A stretch of DNA of 64,000 nt from Heterodontus francisci (taxonomy: Eukaryota). This document shows positions 38,990 through 49,885 of the stretch, piece by piece. The notes under the pieces are model-generated. The model ran no database searches. It had not been told where the DNA came from and saw nothing but the letters and a program-made list of their open reading frames with translations. A program made the position numbers and the translations under genes. The stretch spans positions 104,035,692-104,099,691 of the forward strand of contig NC_090373.1 of NCBI RefSeq assembly GCF_036365525.1. The letters are read 5' to 3'. The first letter of the stretch is position 1. Each line of letters opens with the position of its first letter.

Positions 38990-40860
38990 CCAAGATAAAA
39001 CATGAGAGGAAGAACAGGATGGACAGAAGTCTGGCAGAGGCAAAAAGCACCGGAGTAAAGAACAGTCCAGAAAAAGAGAGGAAGGATCAGACAGAGAGCA
39101 AATTCGAAGCAGTCTAAAGTGGATCTGAAGTGCATGTATGTGAATGCATGGTAAATAACGTCAGTGAGCTGCAGGCACAAGTTGCCACATGGGACTATGA
39201 TATAGTGGCAATAACAGAGCTAACTCAAAGAAGGGGAGGATTAGAATCTTAATATTCCTGGCCAGAATGAAAGGGAAGGAAAAAAAGAGGGCGGGATGGC
39301 AGTATTAATCAAATAAATGATTGTCGCACTGGAGAGGGCTGATGTAGTTGAGGGGCTAAAGATAGAGTCCATTTGATTAGAATTAATGAATGACAGAGAA
39401 GTTATTGCACCATTGGGCATTTACTGCAGGCCAGCAAAAAATGGGAAGTTGGGGTGAAAATGTGCAGGCAAATTACAGAAAAATGCAAGAACTATGAAGT
39501 AATGGTAATTCGGGACTTCAAGAGTCTTAATATAAACTGCTATCATAGTAGTGTGAAGGACAAAGAGGGGAGGAATTCCTTAAATGTGTACAAAAGAATT
39601 TTCTTGGTCAATGTATTTCCAGCTGAACAAGGAAGTGCTGGATCTAGTTCTGGGGGATGAAGTGGGGCAAGCGGAGCAAGTTTCAGTGGGAGAGAATTTG
39701 GGGCACAATGATCATATCATCAGCAACAAAAACAAGAAATGCTGGATTCACTCAGCAGGTCTGGCAGCATCTGTGGAAAGAGAAGCAGAGTTAACGTTTC
39801 GGGTCAGTGACCCTTCTTCGAAGAAGGGTCACTGACCCGAAACGTTAACTCTGCTTCTCTTTCCACAGATGCTGCCAGACCTGCTGAGTGAATCCAGCAT
39901 TTCTTGTTTTTGTTTCAGATTTCCAGCATCCGCAGTATTTTGCTTTTGATCATATCATCAGGTTTGGAACAGTTATGAAAAAGGACAAGGTACAATCAAG
40001 CATAAAAAATATTACAATAATTTGTATTTATATAGCACCTTTAACATAGTAAAATATCTTAAGGTGCTTCACAGGAACGTTATCAAACAAAATTTGATAT
40101 GGATTGCATAAGGATATATTAGGGCAGATGGCCAAACTTGGTCAAAACTTGTTCAAAGAGGTACGTTTTAAGGAACATCTTACAGGAGAAAAGAAAAGAT
40201 GAGAGGCAGAGAGATTTAGGAGGGAATTCCAGAGCTTAGGGCCTAGGCAGCTGAAGGAATGGCCACCAATGGTGGAGTGATTAAAATCATGGATACTCAA
40301 AAGGCCAGAGTTGGAGAAGTGCAGATAGCTTGGAGGGTTGTAGAGCTGAAGAAGATTACAGAGATAGGGAGGGGCAAGGCCATGGAGGGATTTGAAAACA
40401 AGGATGAGAATCTGGTTGAGAAGGCTGTTCTTAAAAAAAAAGCATATGGGATTCTCGGCTTTACTACTAGAGGAATACAGTACAAAAGCAAGGAAGTTGT
40501 GCTAAATCTTTATAAAATACTGGTTAGGTCTCAGCTACAGAAGGATGTCAAGACTTTGAAGAATGTTCAAAAAAGATTTACTAGAATGATACCAGGGATG
40601 AGGGACTTCAGTTATGCAGAAACAATGGAGAAGATGGGGTTGTTCTCTTTAGTGTAGAAAAAGATTTGATAGAGGTATCATAAATGGTTTTGATAGGGTG
40701 AATAAATGAAGAACTGTTTACAGCAGATGAGTCGGTAACCAGCAGACACCGATTTAAGGTAATTAGCAAAAGAACCAGAGGCAACATAAGGAAAACTTTT
40801 TTTTAAAAAGCGAGTTGCTGTGATCTGGAATGCACTGCCTGAAAGAGTGAAGCTGCATCA
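38990..40860 (+). mobile_element. Decayed CR1 (endonuclease to 3' RT remnants) with nested Penelope hairpin and L2-like fragment
   Basis: Remnants YVNA..ELQAQVATWDYD, LDLVLGDE..GENLGHNDH, AYGILGF..IQYKSKEVVLNLYK; L2-like 3' fragment at about 40018-40390 (minus). Confidence 0.7.
39725..39946. mobile_element. Young Penelope-like hairpin insertion: perfect 190-bp palindrome + tail, 15-bp TSD
   Basis: 39725-39914 equals its own reverse complement (centre 39819/39820); TGATCATATCATCAG duplicated at 39709-39723 and 39947-39961. Confidence 0.93.
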
Positions 40861-41089
40861 TTTTATGATTCTATGATCACATTAGAATTAGAACATTACA
40901 GCGCAGCACAGGCCCTTCGGCCCTCGATGTTGCGCCGACCTGTGAAACCATCTGACCTACACTATTCCATTTTCATCCATATGTCTATCCAATGTAGTAA
41001 CAACTTCTCAGCCAGTGTTTCTTTTTCAATAGAGCACGTGGGCAAAGCAATCTTAGAATGACACTGAGAGATAAAAGTAATTCATTCAT

Positions 41090-42558
41090 ACACTGTTCCA
41101 GTACAGCTACAACACTGGCATCGACCTGGCAATGTGGAAAATTGTTCAGATATGTCCTGTCCACAAAAAGCAGGACAAATCCAACCCAGCCAATTACCTC
41201 CCCATCAGTCTACTCACATTATCAGCAAAGTGATGGAAGGCATCATCAACAGTGCCATCAAGCAACACTTGTTCAGCAATTACCTGCTCACTGACGCTCA
41301 GTTTGGGTTCCGCTAGGGCCACTCTGCTCCTAACCTCATTATAGCCTTGGTCCAAACATGGACTCAAGAGTCGAACTCCAGAGGTGAGGTGAGAGTGATT
41401 GCCCTTGACAACAAGGCAGCATTTGATCAAGTGTGGCATCAAGGAGCCCGAGCAAAACTGGAGTCAATGGGAATCAGGGGGAAAACTGTCTACTGGTTGG
41501 AATCATACCTAGCACAAAGGAAGATGGTTGTGATTGTTGGAGGTCAATCATCTCAGTCCCAGGACATCACTGCAGGAGTTCCTCAGGGTAGTGTCCTAGG
41601 CCCAACCATCTTCAGCAGTTTCATCAATGACCTTCCCTCCATTAGGTGGTCATAAGTGGGTGTGTTCGCTGATGACTGCACAATGTTCAGCACCATTCGT
41701 GACTCCTCAGATACAGAAGCAGCCCGTGTCCAGATGCAGAAAGACGTGGACAATATCCAGGCTTGGGCTGTTAAGTGGCAAGTAACATTCAAACCACATA
41801 AATGCCAGGCAATGACCATCTCCAACAAGACAGAATCTAACCATCTCCCCTTGATGCTCAATGGCATTACCATTGCTGAATCCCCCATCAACATCCTGGG
41901 GATTACCATTGACCAGAAACTGAACTGCACCAGCCATATAAGTACTGTGGCTACTAGAGCAGATCAGAAGCTGCAAATTCTGTGGCGAGTGACTCACCTC
42001 CTGACTCCCCAAAGCATGTCCACCATCTACAAGGCACAAGTCAGGAGCGTGATGGAATACTCTCCACTTGCCTGGATGAGTGCAGCTCCAAGAACACTCA
42101 AGAAGCTCAACACCATCCAGGACAAAGCAGCCCACTTGATCGGCACCCCATCCACCACCTTCAACATTCACTCCCTCCACCACCAATGCACAGTGGTTGC
42201 AGTGTGTACCATCTACAAGATACACTGCAGCAACGCACCAAGGCTCCTTCGACAGCACCTTTCAAACCCCGAACCTCTATCACCTAGGAGGACAAGGGAG
42301 CAGATGCATGGGAACACCACCTGCTGCAAGCTCCCCTCCAAGCCACACACCATCCTGACTTGGAATTATATCACCATTCCTTTACCGTCACTGGATCAAA
42401 ATCCTGGAACTCCCTTCTTAACAGCACTGTTGGTGTACCTACACCCCAAGGACAGCAGCAGTTCAAGGATCACCACCACATTCTCAAGGGCAATTAGGGA
42501 TGGACAATAAATGCTGGCCTAGCCAGCGATACCAAAATCCCGAAAAATATTTAAAAAA
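41090..42558 (+). mobile_element. CR1-group LINE (family B), 5'-truncated RT
   Basis: ALDNKAAFDQVWH, GVPQGSVLGP, FADDCT motifs; family 3' end. Confidence 0.93.
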
Positions 42559-42559
42559 G

Positions 42560-43275
42560 CTTTGCAATGTAGTAAATAATGAGCAGGATAGTAGTAGACT
42601 TCTGAAGGACATCATCAGACTGGTGAAATGCGCAGGTAAACAACAGATGCAATTTAATGCAGCTAAGTGTGCAGTGATTCACTTTGAGGAAAACAACATG
42701 GAGGGTGCAAGAATATAGGGATCTCAGGGTGCATATTCACAAATCCTGGAACAGCAAACTGATAAGGTGGTTAAGAAAGCAAATGGGATACTTGACTTTG
42801 TAAATCAGGGCATTGAGCACATAAACAAGGAAGCCATGCTAAACCTTTATAAATGACGTTTGGCCACCACACTTTAGAAATAATGTCAAGGCCTTTACGA
42901 GGAGTCTTACTGGGGAATATTAGGGATGAGAGACTTCCATTATATGGAGCATGTAGGGAGAAAATGTTTTCTCTCGCAAGTGGCTTGGTAACCAGAGGTC
43001 AGACGTTTAAAATAATTGGCAAAAGAACTTGAGGGAAAATGAGGAGTAATTAGTCCCTACAGACGGTTGTTTTAATGTGGAATACACTAACTGAAAGTGG
43101 TGGAATCAGATTCTGTGGGAACTATCAAAAGGCAATTGAACATATACTTGGAGGACTAATTTGCAGGGTTATAGGGAAAAGGTGAGGGTGTAGGACTAAA
43201 GTGGACAGCTCTTTCAAAGAGCCAGCACAGGCATCATGAGCCAAAGAGCCTCCTTCTATGCTGTAAGGTTCTATC
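42560..43275 (+). mobile_element. Decayed CR1 (family A) 3' fragment
   Basis: QMQFNAAKCAVIHF remnant and CR1-type 3' end. Confidence 0.7.
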
Positions 43276-44531
43276 TGGCCTGAACAAGGCCACAAAGAAT
43301 GGATAATGTTTCTTAGTTTATGTTTATTTGCCCTGGAAATACATCATAACACCCTACTTGTTTCACAATAACCTTCCAATGCACAATAACCCTCGGGTGT
43401 GTCCCTCAATCAGCAGCATTAAGCACCAATACTGAATGGTGAACATACAGTTGGAGATTGCCCGATCCAAGTATATCATGTACCAGGCATATCATCTGTT
43501 AGTAGAACACACTGTGTATGGGTTTCCAGACACAGACCCATTCCACCGTTTCATCTAGATTTGTCACAAATCTATCTTTTCCATGCAGGGTTCATAAAAT
43601 TTGACATATCTTCATGTCATTCATTGTAGAAAGTTTTCCTAATGCCATCATCTAGATTGTTGATAAAAGTGGTGAAGTGCAACAGTACTAGCATTAATGC
43701 AAGTAGCTAGAGAATTTGATGGCTGACTGCCTCTCTGGATAGACAGCTGCCCTCTGTAAGGGGGCCAAACAAGGTTTGTTCTCAATATACATTTTCTGCA
43801 CCTTTTTCAGGGATCAAGGTCTTCCCTTGTTCCATATGATAGGGCCCACTTACATCCCTGTGTTTCTTCTCACCCACCACACCAGCAAAAAGTTCTTCAA
43901 ATCCTGACACAGCCAGGAAAACGGGAACTCCTGGTGCAGGGAAACTGGCTCTGCCCTCCTGACATTTGCCTTGTAGGGGGTGGGCGGAGATTCCACCGCT
44001 TAAAAGGTGCGATAAAGAAATGACCACAGATGGCAGAGACTGGCACAACTCTGCAGATCATCGGTGCCCATCCCAACATTTTACAACATGACTGCCCAGC
44101 TGTCGCTGTCGGAGCAGTGGGAATAGTCTGAATGACTGCTGCAAGATGTCACACTTGATGTGAACTTGGGCGAGATACCAAGAGACTGCGGGCACCTGGA
44201 GCACGGACTGTCCGCTGAAATGAACTGGTGTCCTCAGCAAAGAAACTGGAAAAACAAACCGACATTTCCAAACAGACTGAGCTGGCCTTTATCCAGGATG
44301 CCGCCGTGGCACCGCTCGCACATATTTCCCCGGCACTCAAACAGCAGCAAAATTCTGCGAGTGCTGAAAATTTGAAATGGAAACAGAAATCGCTGCAAAT
44401 TCTCCGCCGCTGCCTTTCCAGCGTTTTCTGTTGTTATTCAAGCTGCTCTGTGGGGCCTGATCTGATGTGGAGTTCAGTTACAATCCCACTCCAGATATCA
44501 CCGGGCAGATCCAGGCCGCACTAGGACTCAC

Positions 44532-44609
44532 CGGGAGCCGGAATTCCAGGTTTTCTTGAGCTAAAAGAAGCAAAAACCTCCGAAACACGTCCCGACTGGA
44601 CAGCGCCAT
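44532..44609 (-). CDS. TRMT11: TRMT11 (tRNA m2G10 methyltransferase) coding exon 1
   Basis: Minus strand ATG GCG CTG... encodes MALSSRDVFRRFLLLLAQENLEFRLP, followed by a GTGAGT donor; matches the TRMT11 N-terminus (LLLMAQEHLEFRLP); 78 nt, phase 0. Confidence 0.93.
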
Positions 44610-44690
44610 CTTCCCGTCCGTCAACAAAACAATCCCGACCCGCACCCCCTAAACCCCGGATATCAGTTCCGGCACTGACTCACCCCTCAC
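44604..44690 (-). promoter_or_regulatory. TRMT11 proximal promoter / 5' region
   Basis: CpG-rich; YY1-type AAGATGGCG overlapping the ATG (44604-44612), ETS-type CCGGAA (44667-44672), AP-1 TGACTCA (44676-44682); motif matches only. Confidence 0.5.
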
Positions 44691-45547
44691 ACTCAAACAC
44701 ACCACCTTTACCCCTTGTTTTATGTTCTTAATAAATACTTGCATTCTACTACTTCCAAATCATATTTCATTATTTTCGTTGAGTACTGCTGGTATATATG
44801 CTTTTATCTTTTGTTTGGAAATTGTTTTCTTCAGCAACTCGAAATAACCGTCCTGCCAGTTTTTGATATAAAAAAACCCTCAAATCTTTTCGCATTCACG
44901 GAGTAGAGATCAAGTTCAAACAAAGCATACGATTACAAATAAAATTTTATATAGTAAACATTCATTGTAGTATAGAAACACAGGAAACTGTAAAATAATG
45001 TGTTTCAGATATATAACTCCCTTAAACTTGCCTCCTGATTCTGAGCAGAAGACTAGGAGTCAATTGACGGCTGAACGTTGACCGGGAAACAAGATGTATA
45101 TATATACTTCACATATGCATATATATATATATCCCCTCCACCTGAACGTTTGCAACATTTCTTGCAGTTTTCATGCTGCAAATAACTCACTACCTCTTAG
45201 CCAATTACCTACGCACGTTACCACCATCCCTCTAATACCTTGTGAGTCTACTTTACTAATAAGTCTGTTTGGTAGTTTATCAAACGCCTTTGAAAGTCTA
45301 TACATCGGACATCCTTTATCAACCCTCTGTGTTACTTCATCAAATAACTCAATCAGACATACTCTGCCGTTAACAGATCCTTGACAATAGTGTCTGGTAA
45401 TTTTCCTATTTGCTACATCACAACAGTGACTACACTTCAAATGTACTTCATTGGCGTTTTGGGACGCCCTGAGGTCCTGAAAGGCGCCAAATAAATGTAA
45501 GTCTTTTTTTTCTTTTAACTCACTGGTTCAAATCTATCTGAATCTTA

Positions 45548-45842
45548 AGAGCAAAATACTGTGGATGCTGGAACTTTGAAATGAGAACAAAAAGTGCCAG
45601 AAATACTCAGCAAGTCTGGCAGCATCCCAAAGCTAATAGACTGAGTAGTGAATTTTCCATGCACTACTTGAAGAGCGGAGTTAACGTTTCAGGTCGATGA
45701 CCACCCAATTCTGATGAAGGGTCATCGACCTGAAACGTTAATTCTGTTTCTCTGTCCGCAGATGCTACCTGACCTGCTGAGTATTTCCAGCATTTTCCTG
45801 TTATTGTGTCAGATTGCCAGGATCAGCAGTATTTTGCTTTTT
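45548..45842. mobile_element. Hairpin Penelope-like repeat between TRMT11 and the ABRA-like gene
   Basis: Inverted arms gcaaaatactgtggatgctgg... / ...cagcagtattttgc; contains the best-preserved hammerhead motif. Confidence 0.85.
45707..45743 (+). ncRNA. Minimal hammerhead ribozyme motif (Penelope-type)
   Basis: Stem I AAUU/AAUU; core CUGAUGA (45711-45717) plus extra A; stem II GGGUC-auc-GACCU; GAAA; palindromic AACGUU in place of stem III; predicted cleavage after GUU (45739). Activity untested. Confidence 0.68.
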
Positions 45843-45892
45843 GGATAGCGGAATATCATTTAATCAGTATTACTGAAAGAGAACGCCCACTG

Positions 45893-46046
45893 ATTGGAAC
45901 TAGAAACATTGTCCAATAGACAGATGGTGCTCCCACCCTCTGCCCTTTTCCATTGGTGCCCCGATGGAATTCACCGTTCTATTGGTTGATTAAACTGTCC
46001 ATCATAATGACCCCGCCCTGAACTACCAGCTGCTGACTTGGTGAGT
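45893..46046 (+). promoter_or_regulatory. CCAAT-cluster/GC-box promoter and putative first non-coding exon donor for the ABRA-like gene
   Basis: ATTGG/CCAAT at 45893, 45913, 45952 and 45981; GC box CCCCGCCC 46011-46018; TG|GTGAGT donor at 46041; candidate acceptors cctactttccAG (46197) and ccttctAG (46242). Confidence 0.55.
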
Positions 46047-46273
46047 CGCGGGCTGATAGCGAGTCTGCGGTGTCCCTACTGCAGTATGAAATGACCAATG
46101 CTCTGGTTTTCTAAAGGCAAAACCAACCTGAAACCCATCAATACAAGTGAAAGTTGATGCGCGGGTGGTTAAAATAAAAACGAATCCTACTTTCCAGCTG
46201 CTGATTATTCCTGGGGAAGAAATGGCTGTGATGACCTTCTAGGATTAGAGGATCCTAATCTATTGGAAAAGAA

Positions 46274-46738
46274 ATGGCAGAAAGTGGAGGCAATCACATA
46301 GCGCCAGGCATGCCAGGACAGCCCGGAACAGCAAGACTAAAGGAGAAGTGGCAGGAATGGGCCGATGATCATAGAGAGTACCAGAGGTGCAATCCTTTCA
46401 GTGGCTCCCATGCGGTGACTTTGCAGCTGCAGAGAGGGGGAGAAGAATACGGGCATCCTAAAAAGGGGTCTAAAACCGACCAGAGGGGCAAAGATGCACA
46501 TATCCTGGTCGGGAAAGAAGTTGAGGAGTTGCTTTATATTATCAGAAGGAACGGCGAACTCGGGTCGGATGGAAACATTTGTATAACTTTTGGAAGATTG
46601 TTTGATGCCTATGTAACAATTTCCAATAAAGTGGTGGGGCTCCTGCTGCGAGCAAGGAAACACGGTCTGGTTCACTTTGATGGGGAAATGCTTTGGCAAG
46701 GAAGGGATGATCGCGCTCTCATCACATTGCTGGAGTGA
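46274..46738 (+). CDS. Actin-binding Rho-activating protein-like (short ABRA/STARS paralog, Costars domain), 154 aa, single coding exon
   Basis: Intact ORF with good Kozak context (gaaATGG); motifs LKEKWQEWADDH..Q..NPFS, YGHPKKGSKT, ITFGRLFDAYVTISNKVVGLLLRARKHGLVHFDGEMLWQGRDD..ITLL match the ABRA C-terminal actin-binding/Costars region; AATAAA at 47284. Confidence 0.9.
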   Translation: MAESGGNHIAPGMPGQPGTARLKEKWQEWADDHREYQRCNPFSGSHAVTLQLQRGGEEYGHPKKGSKTDQRGKDAHILVGKEVEELLYIIRRNGELGSDGNICITFGRLFDAYVTISNKVVGLLLRARKHGLVHFDGEMLWQGRDDRALITLLE

Positions 46739-46971
46739 AGATAGTTTGCAGTTAATTTGTAGAAAGTAAGGTCGAGTAAGTTATAAAGTTGCACCTTTCG
46801 TTGTGATTACACTGAAGCTACGCTTATCGGAAGCCTTTATTGAAAAACACCAACAACACATCGACAATTTGAATATATTCGTGTCCTGAAATGTACAGGA
46901 TTTATAGTAAAAGATATACGTACTTTATTGCAGATGTCGTAAATACAAAGCTGTAAAAGTTGGTACGGAAA

Positions 46972-47100
46972 CAAAATACTGCGGATGCTGCAAAAGTAAA
47001 CAAAAACTGAAAATGCTGGACACTCAGCGACTTAGGCAGCATTTGTGGAAAGAGAAACAGAATAAATGTTTCAGATCAATGACCTTTTGTCAGAAATGGC
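46972..47100 (-). mobile_element. Decayed Penelope-like terminal repeat in the ABRA-like 3' region
   Basis: aaaatactgcggatgctg...gagaaacag...tttcagatcaatgaccttttgtcagaa; hammerhead core mutated. Confidence 0.7.
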
Positions 47101-48080
47101 GAAACTTACTAGCAGTTTCCTTTTACTTACTGTAAAATTTTTTGTGATTCATTTGTAAATAAGCTATAGCAAACGTACTTACAAAGCTGAACAATTACCA
47201 AGAGAGTTACAATCAGAAACTAACAGCAAAGCTCTGCAAACAGTACCTGTCTTTGGTTACATCCTATTGCATTTATTTATCCTAATAAAAAAGGAACACA
47301 ACAACTTGCATGTGATTAGCATCTTTGAAGTAGTAAAACATCCCAAGGTGATTCAGAGGGGCCTGATCAAACAAAGTTTAACAGGGACCCACAGAGATAT
47401 TAGGAAAAAAGCTTGGCAAGAGGTTTAGGTTGGAGTTAAGAGTTTAGGGCCGAGACATCTGAAGGCACATAATGCGAGCAGCACAAAAATCTTGGTGGGG
47501 GCTGGGGTAGGTGGTAAGGGCTGTTAGAGGTTACAGAATGGGGGTGGGGAGCCCATGAAGGAATTTGAAAAGGAGAATTTAAAAATTGAAGCGATACATA
47601 TTCAGGAACTAATGTAGGTTATCAACCATAGGGATGATAGGTGTACAAACGTTAATCAGTTAAAAAAACAAGTAGATCAGATGTTATGTATTGTGTTAAA
47701 GTCTTGAATAAAGTATTTGATTGTTATAAACCTCTACTGAAACAAAATCAGTAAACCAGCACAATGCACAGTAACACTAACACAAGAAGCTCCTGATCCT
47801 TCAAAATCACAACACTTGTTATTGTATGGCATACTAACAATGTATATCCAAAGATAATGCAACGAGGAGTGATGTCTGACAAGCTTGATAGTTGCCAGTA
47901 GCAGAGAAAACTCCAAAGTTTTATTTTGGTACCAAAAGGCAAGTCACAAGTATACCTAAGGCCCAGCTCATATTCCAGCAATCATGGGTCAGTAAAATGG
48001 TAAATTTTACATATGAACTCGTACATGAGGATCACACTGCCAGTTTCTCATCTACCTTAGATAATCTTGAATAAAGTGGT

Positions 48081-49118
48081 AATAAAAAGAAGAAATGCTG
48101 GAAATACTCAGCAGGTCTGACAGCATCTGTGGAGAGAGAGAGAGAAGCAGAGTTAATGTTTCAGGTCAGTGACCATCAGAACTGGCAAATGATAGAAATT
48201 TAATCGGTTTTAAGCAAATAAAGTGGGGTGGGGCAAGAGGTAACAAAAGGCAAGATGTTGATAGGACAGAGGATCACAGAGAATAACTGACCTAAAGGTC
48301 ATGGAGCAAAGGCAAACGGTATGTTAATGGTGTGATTTTTTTTTTAGATTAGAGATACAGCACTGAAACAGGCCCTTCGGCCCACCGAGTCTGTGCCGAA
48401 CATCAACCACCCATTTATACTAATCCTACACTAATCCCATATTCCTACCAAACATCCCCACCTGTTCCTATATTTCCCTACCACCTACCTATACTAGTGA
48501 CAATTTATAATGGCCAATTTACCTATCAACCTGCAAGTCTTTTGGCTTGCGGGAGGAAACCGGAGCACCCGGAGAAAACCCACGCAGACACAGGGAGAAC
48601 TTGCAAACTCCACACAGGCATTACTGGAATCGAACCCGGGTCCCTGGAGCTGTGAGGCTAACCACTGCGCCACTGTGCCGCCCTGCTGAAAGACAAAGAC
48701 AGAGAGGGTATTAATTGACAGAAAAATGAACAGCCCTGGCCCAAACACAAACATGAAAAAAAGTGGGCAGGTGCATGGTAAAAAATGATGAAACAAACTA
48801 AAATAAAATAAACAAATAATAAAGAAAAAATAACTAAAAATAATAAGGAGGGCCCGTCATGGCTCTGAAATTATTGAACGTAGTGTTCAGTCTGGTAGGC
48901 TGTAACATGCCTCATCAGTAAATGTTCCTCGAGCTTGCGTTGATGTTCACTGAAACACTGCAGCAAGCCCAGGACAGAAATATGGGCATGACAGCAGGGG
49001 AGTTTGTTGAAATGGCAAGCAACCGGAAGCTCAGAGTTATGCTTTCGGACTGAGCAGAGATGTTCCGCAAAGCGGTCACCCAATCTGATTTCCAGCATCT
49101 GCAGTATTTTGCCTTTAT
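48081..49118 (-). mobile_element. Truncated Penelope-like element with GIY-YIG endonuclease remnant and terminal repeat
   Basis: RLGDRFAEHLCSVRK..LPVACHFN..VLGL..RKLEEH (48871-49098); terminal repeat at 48085-48190; inverted tail at 49087-49118; TSD TTGA(A/G)TAAAGTGGT at 48067-48080 and 49119-49132. Confidence 0.85.
48345..48683 (-). mobile_element. V-SINE (HE1-like) nested in the Penelope-like element
   Basis: tRNA-like head (TGGCGCAGTGG, GGTTCGATTCC), V-domain gtgtggagtttgca..tctgcgtgggtttt..ctccggtttcctccc, and a 3' tail matching the CR1 family-A 3' end (gggccgaagggcctgtttc..tgctgtat). Confidence 0.88.
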
Positions 49119-49379
49119 TTGAGTAAAGTGGTGTTGGTCACTCCCATAAGCAATCAGAAAATCTCACTTTCAGCAGTGTGCTTATACTACCCAATATCTA
49201 TTATGTTAGTGTAAACCAAGGTTGTTGTAATAGGACACCTTGTGACCTTAACTGGCAACTTATAAACTGCAAAGAAAGTACCTCCTGCACTTTAGTTTCC
49301 AGTTCCAGGCTACACCTCAGTGTCTTGTTTCAAAGCTGTTTGATGTCTCAAGTGTATTTTTCCTTATACTATCTGAATA

Positions 49380-49885
49380 TTCCATTGTTGGCTTCCCAAC
49401 TCCTCCATCCATAAACCTCTCATTACTCACATTAAGTTCTGTTTGCCCATAATCTCTATACCCTCAACCTACATTGACTTCCAATCCAGAAACACAATTT
49501 TAAAATTCTCATTCTTGTTTTCAAATTCATCAATCCTCTCTATCTCTGTAACCTCATCTAGGCATAAAACTCAGAGCGATCTGCACTCCTCCAATTCTGG
49601 CATCTTGCACATCCCCAATTTTAAACACTCCACCATTGGCAGCCGTACTTTCAGCTACCTCAGCCCCAAGTTCTGGAACTCCTCCACCCCAAAAAAACGT
49701 CTGCGTCACTCTAACTTTCCTCTTAACATTCTTTAAAACCTACTTCTTTAATAAAGTTTTAGGTTAGCTGCCGTAATATCTCCTTATGTAGCTCAGTGTC
49801 AAATTTTGTTTGATAACATTCCTTTGAAGTGCCTTGGGATGGTTTACTACATTCAAAGCACTGTTTAGATACAAGATATTGTTGA
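49380..49885 (+). mobile_element. L2-like LINE 3' fragment
   Basis: Remnant STIGSRTFSYLSPKFWNS; similar antisense fragments near 36660-36860, 40018-40390 and 47305-47640. Confidence 0.65.

Noticed and set aside
43780-44524. Cluster of short ORFs in TRMT11 intron 1
   Set aside because: No recognisable homology; explained by GC-rich promoter-proximal DNA and a decayed Penelope repeat at about 44348-44440
45095-45132. (TA)n-rich stretch and short (GA)n/(CT)n runs at about 5258 and 23525
   Set aside because: Common short microsatellites with no further signal
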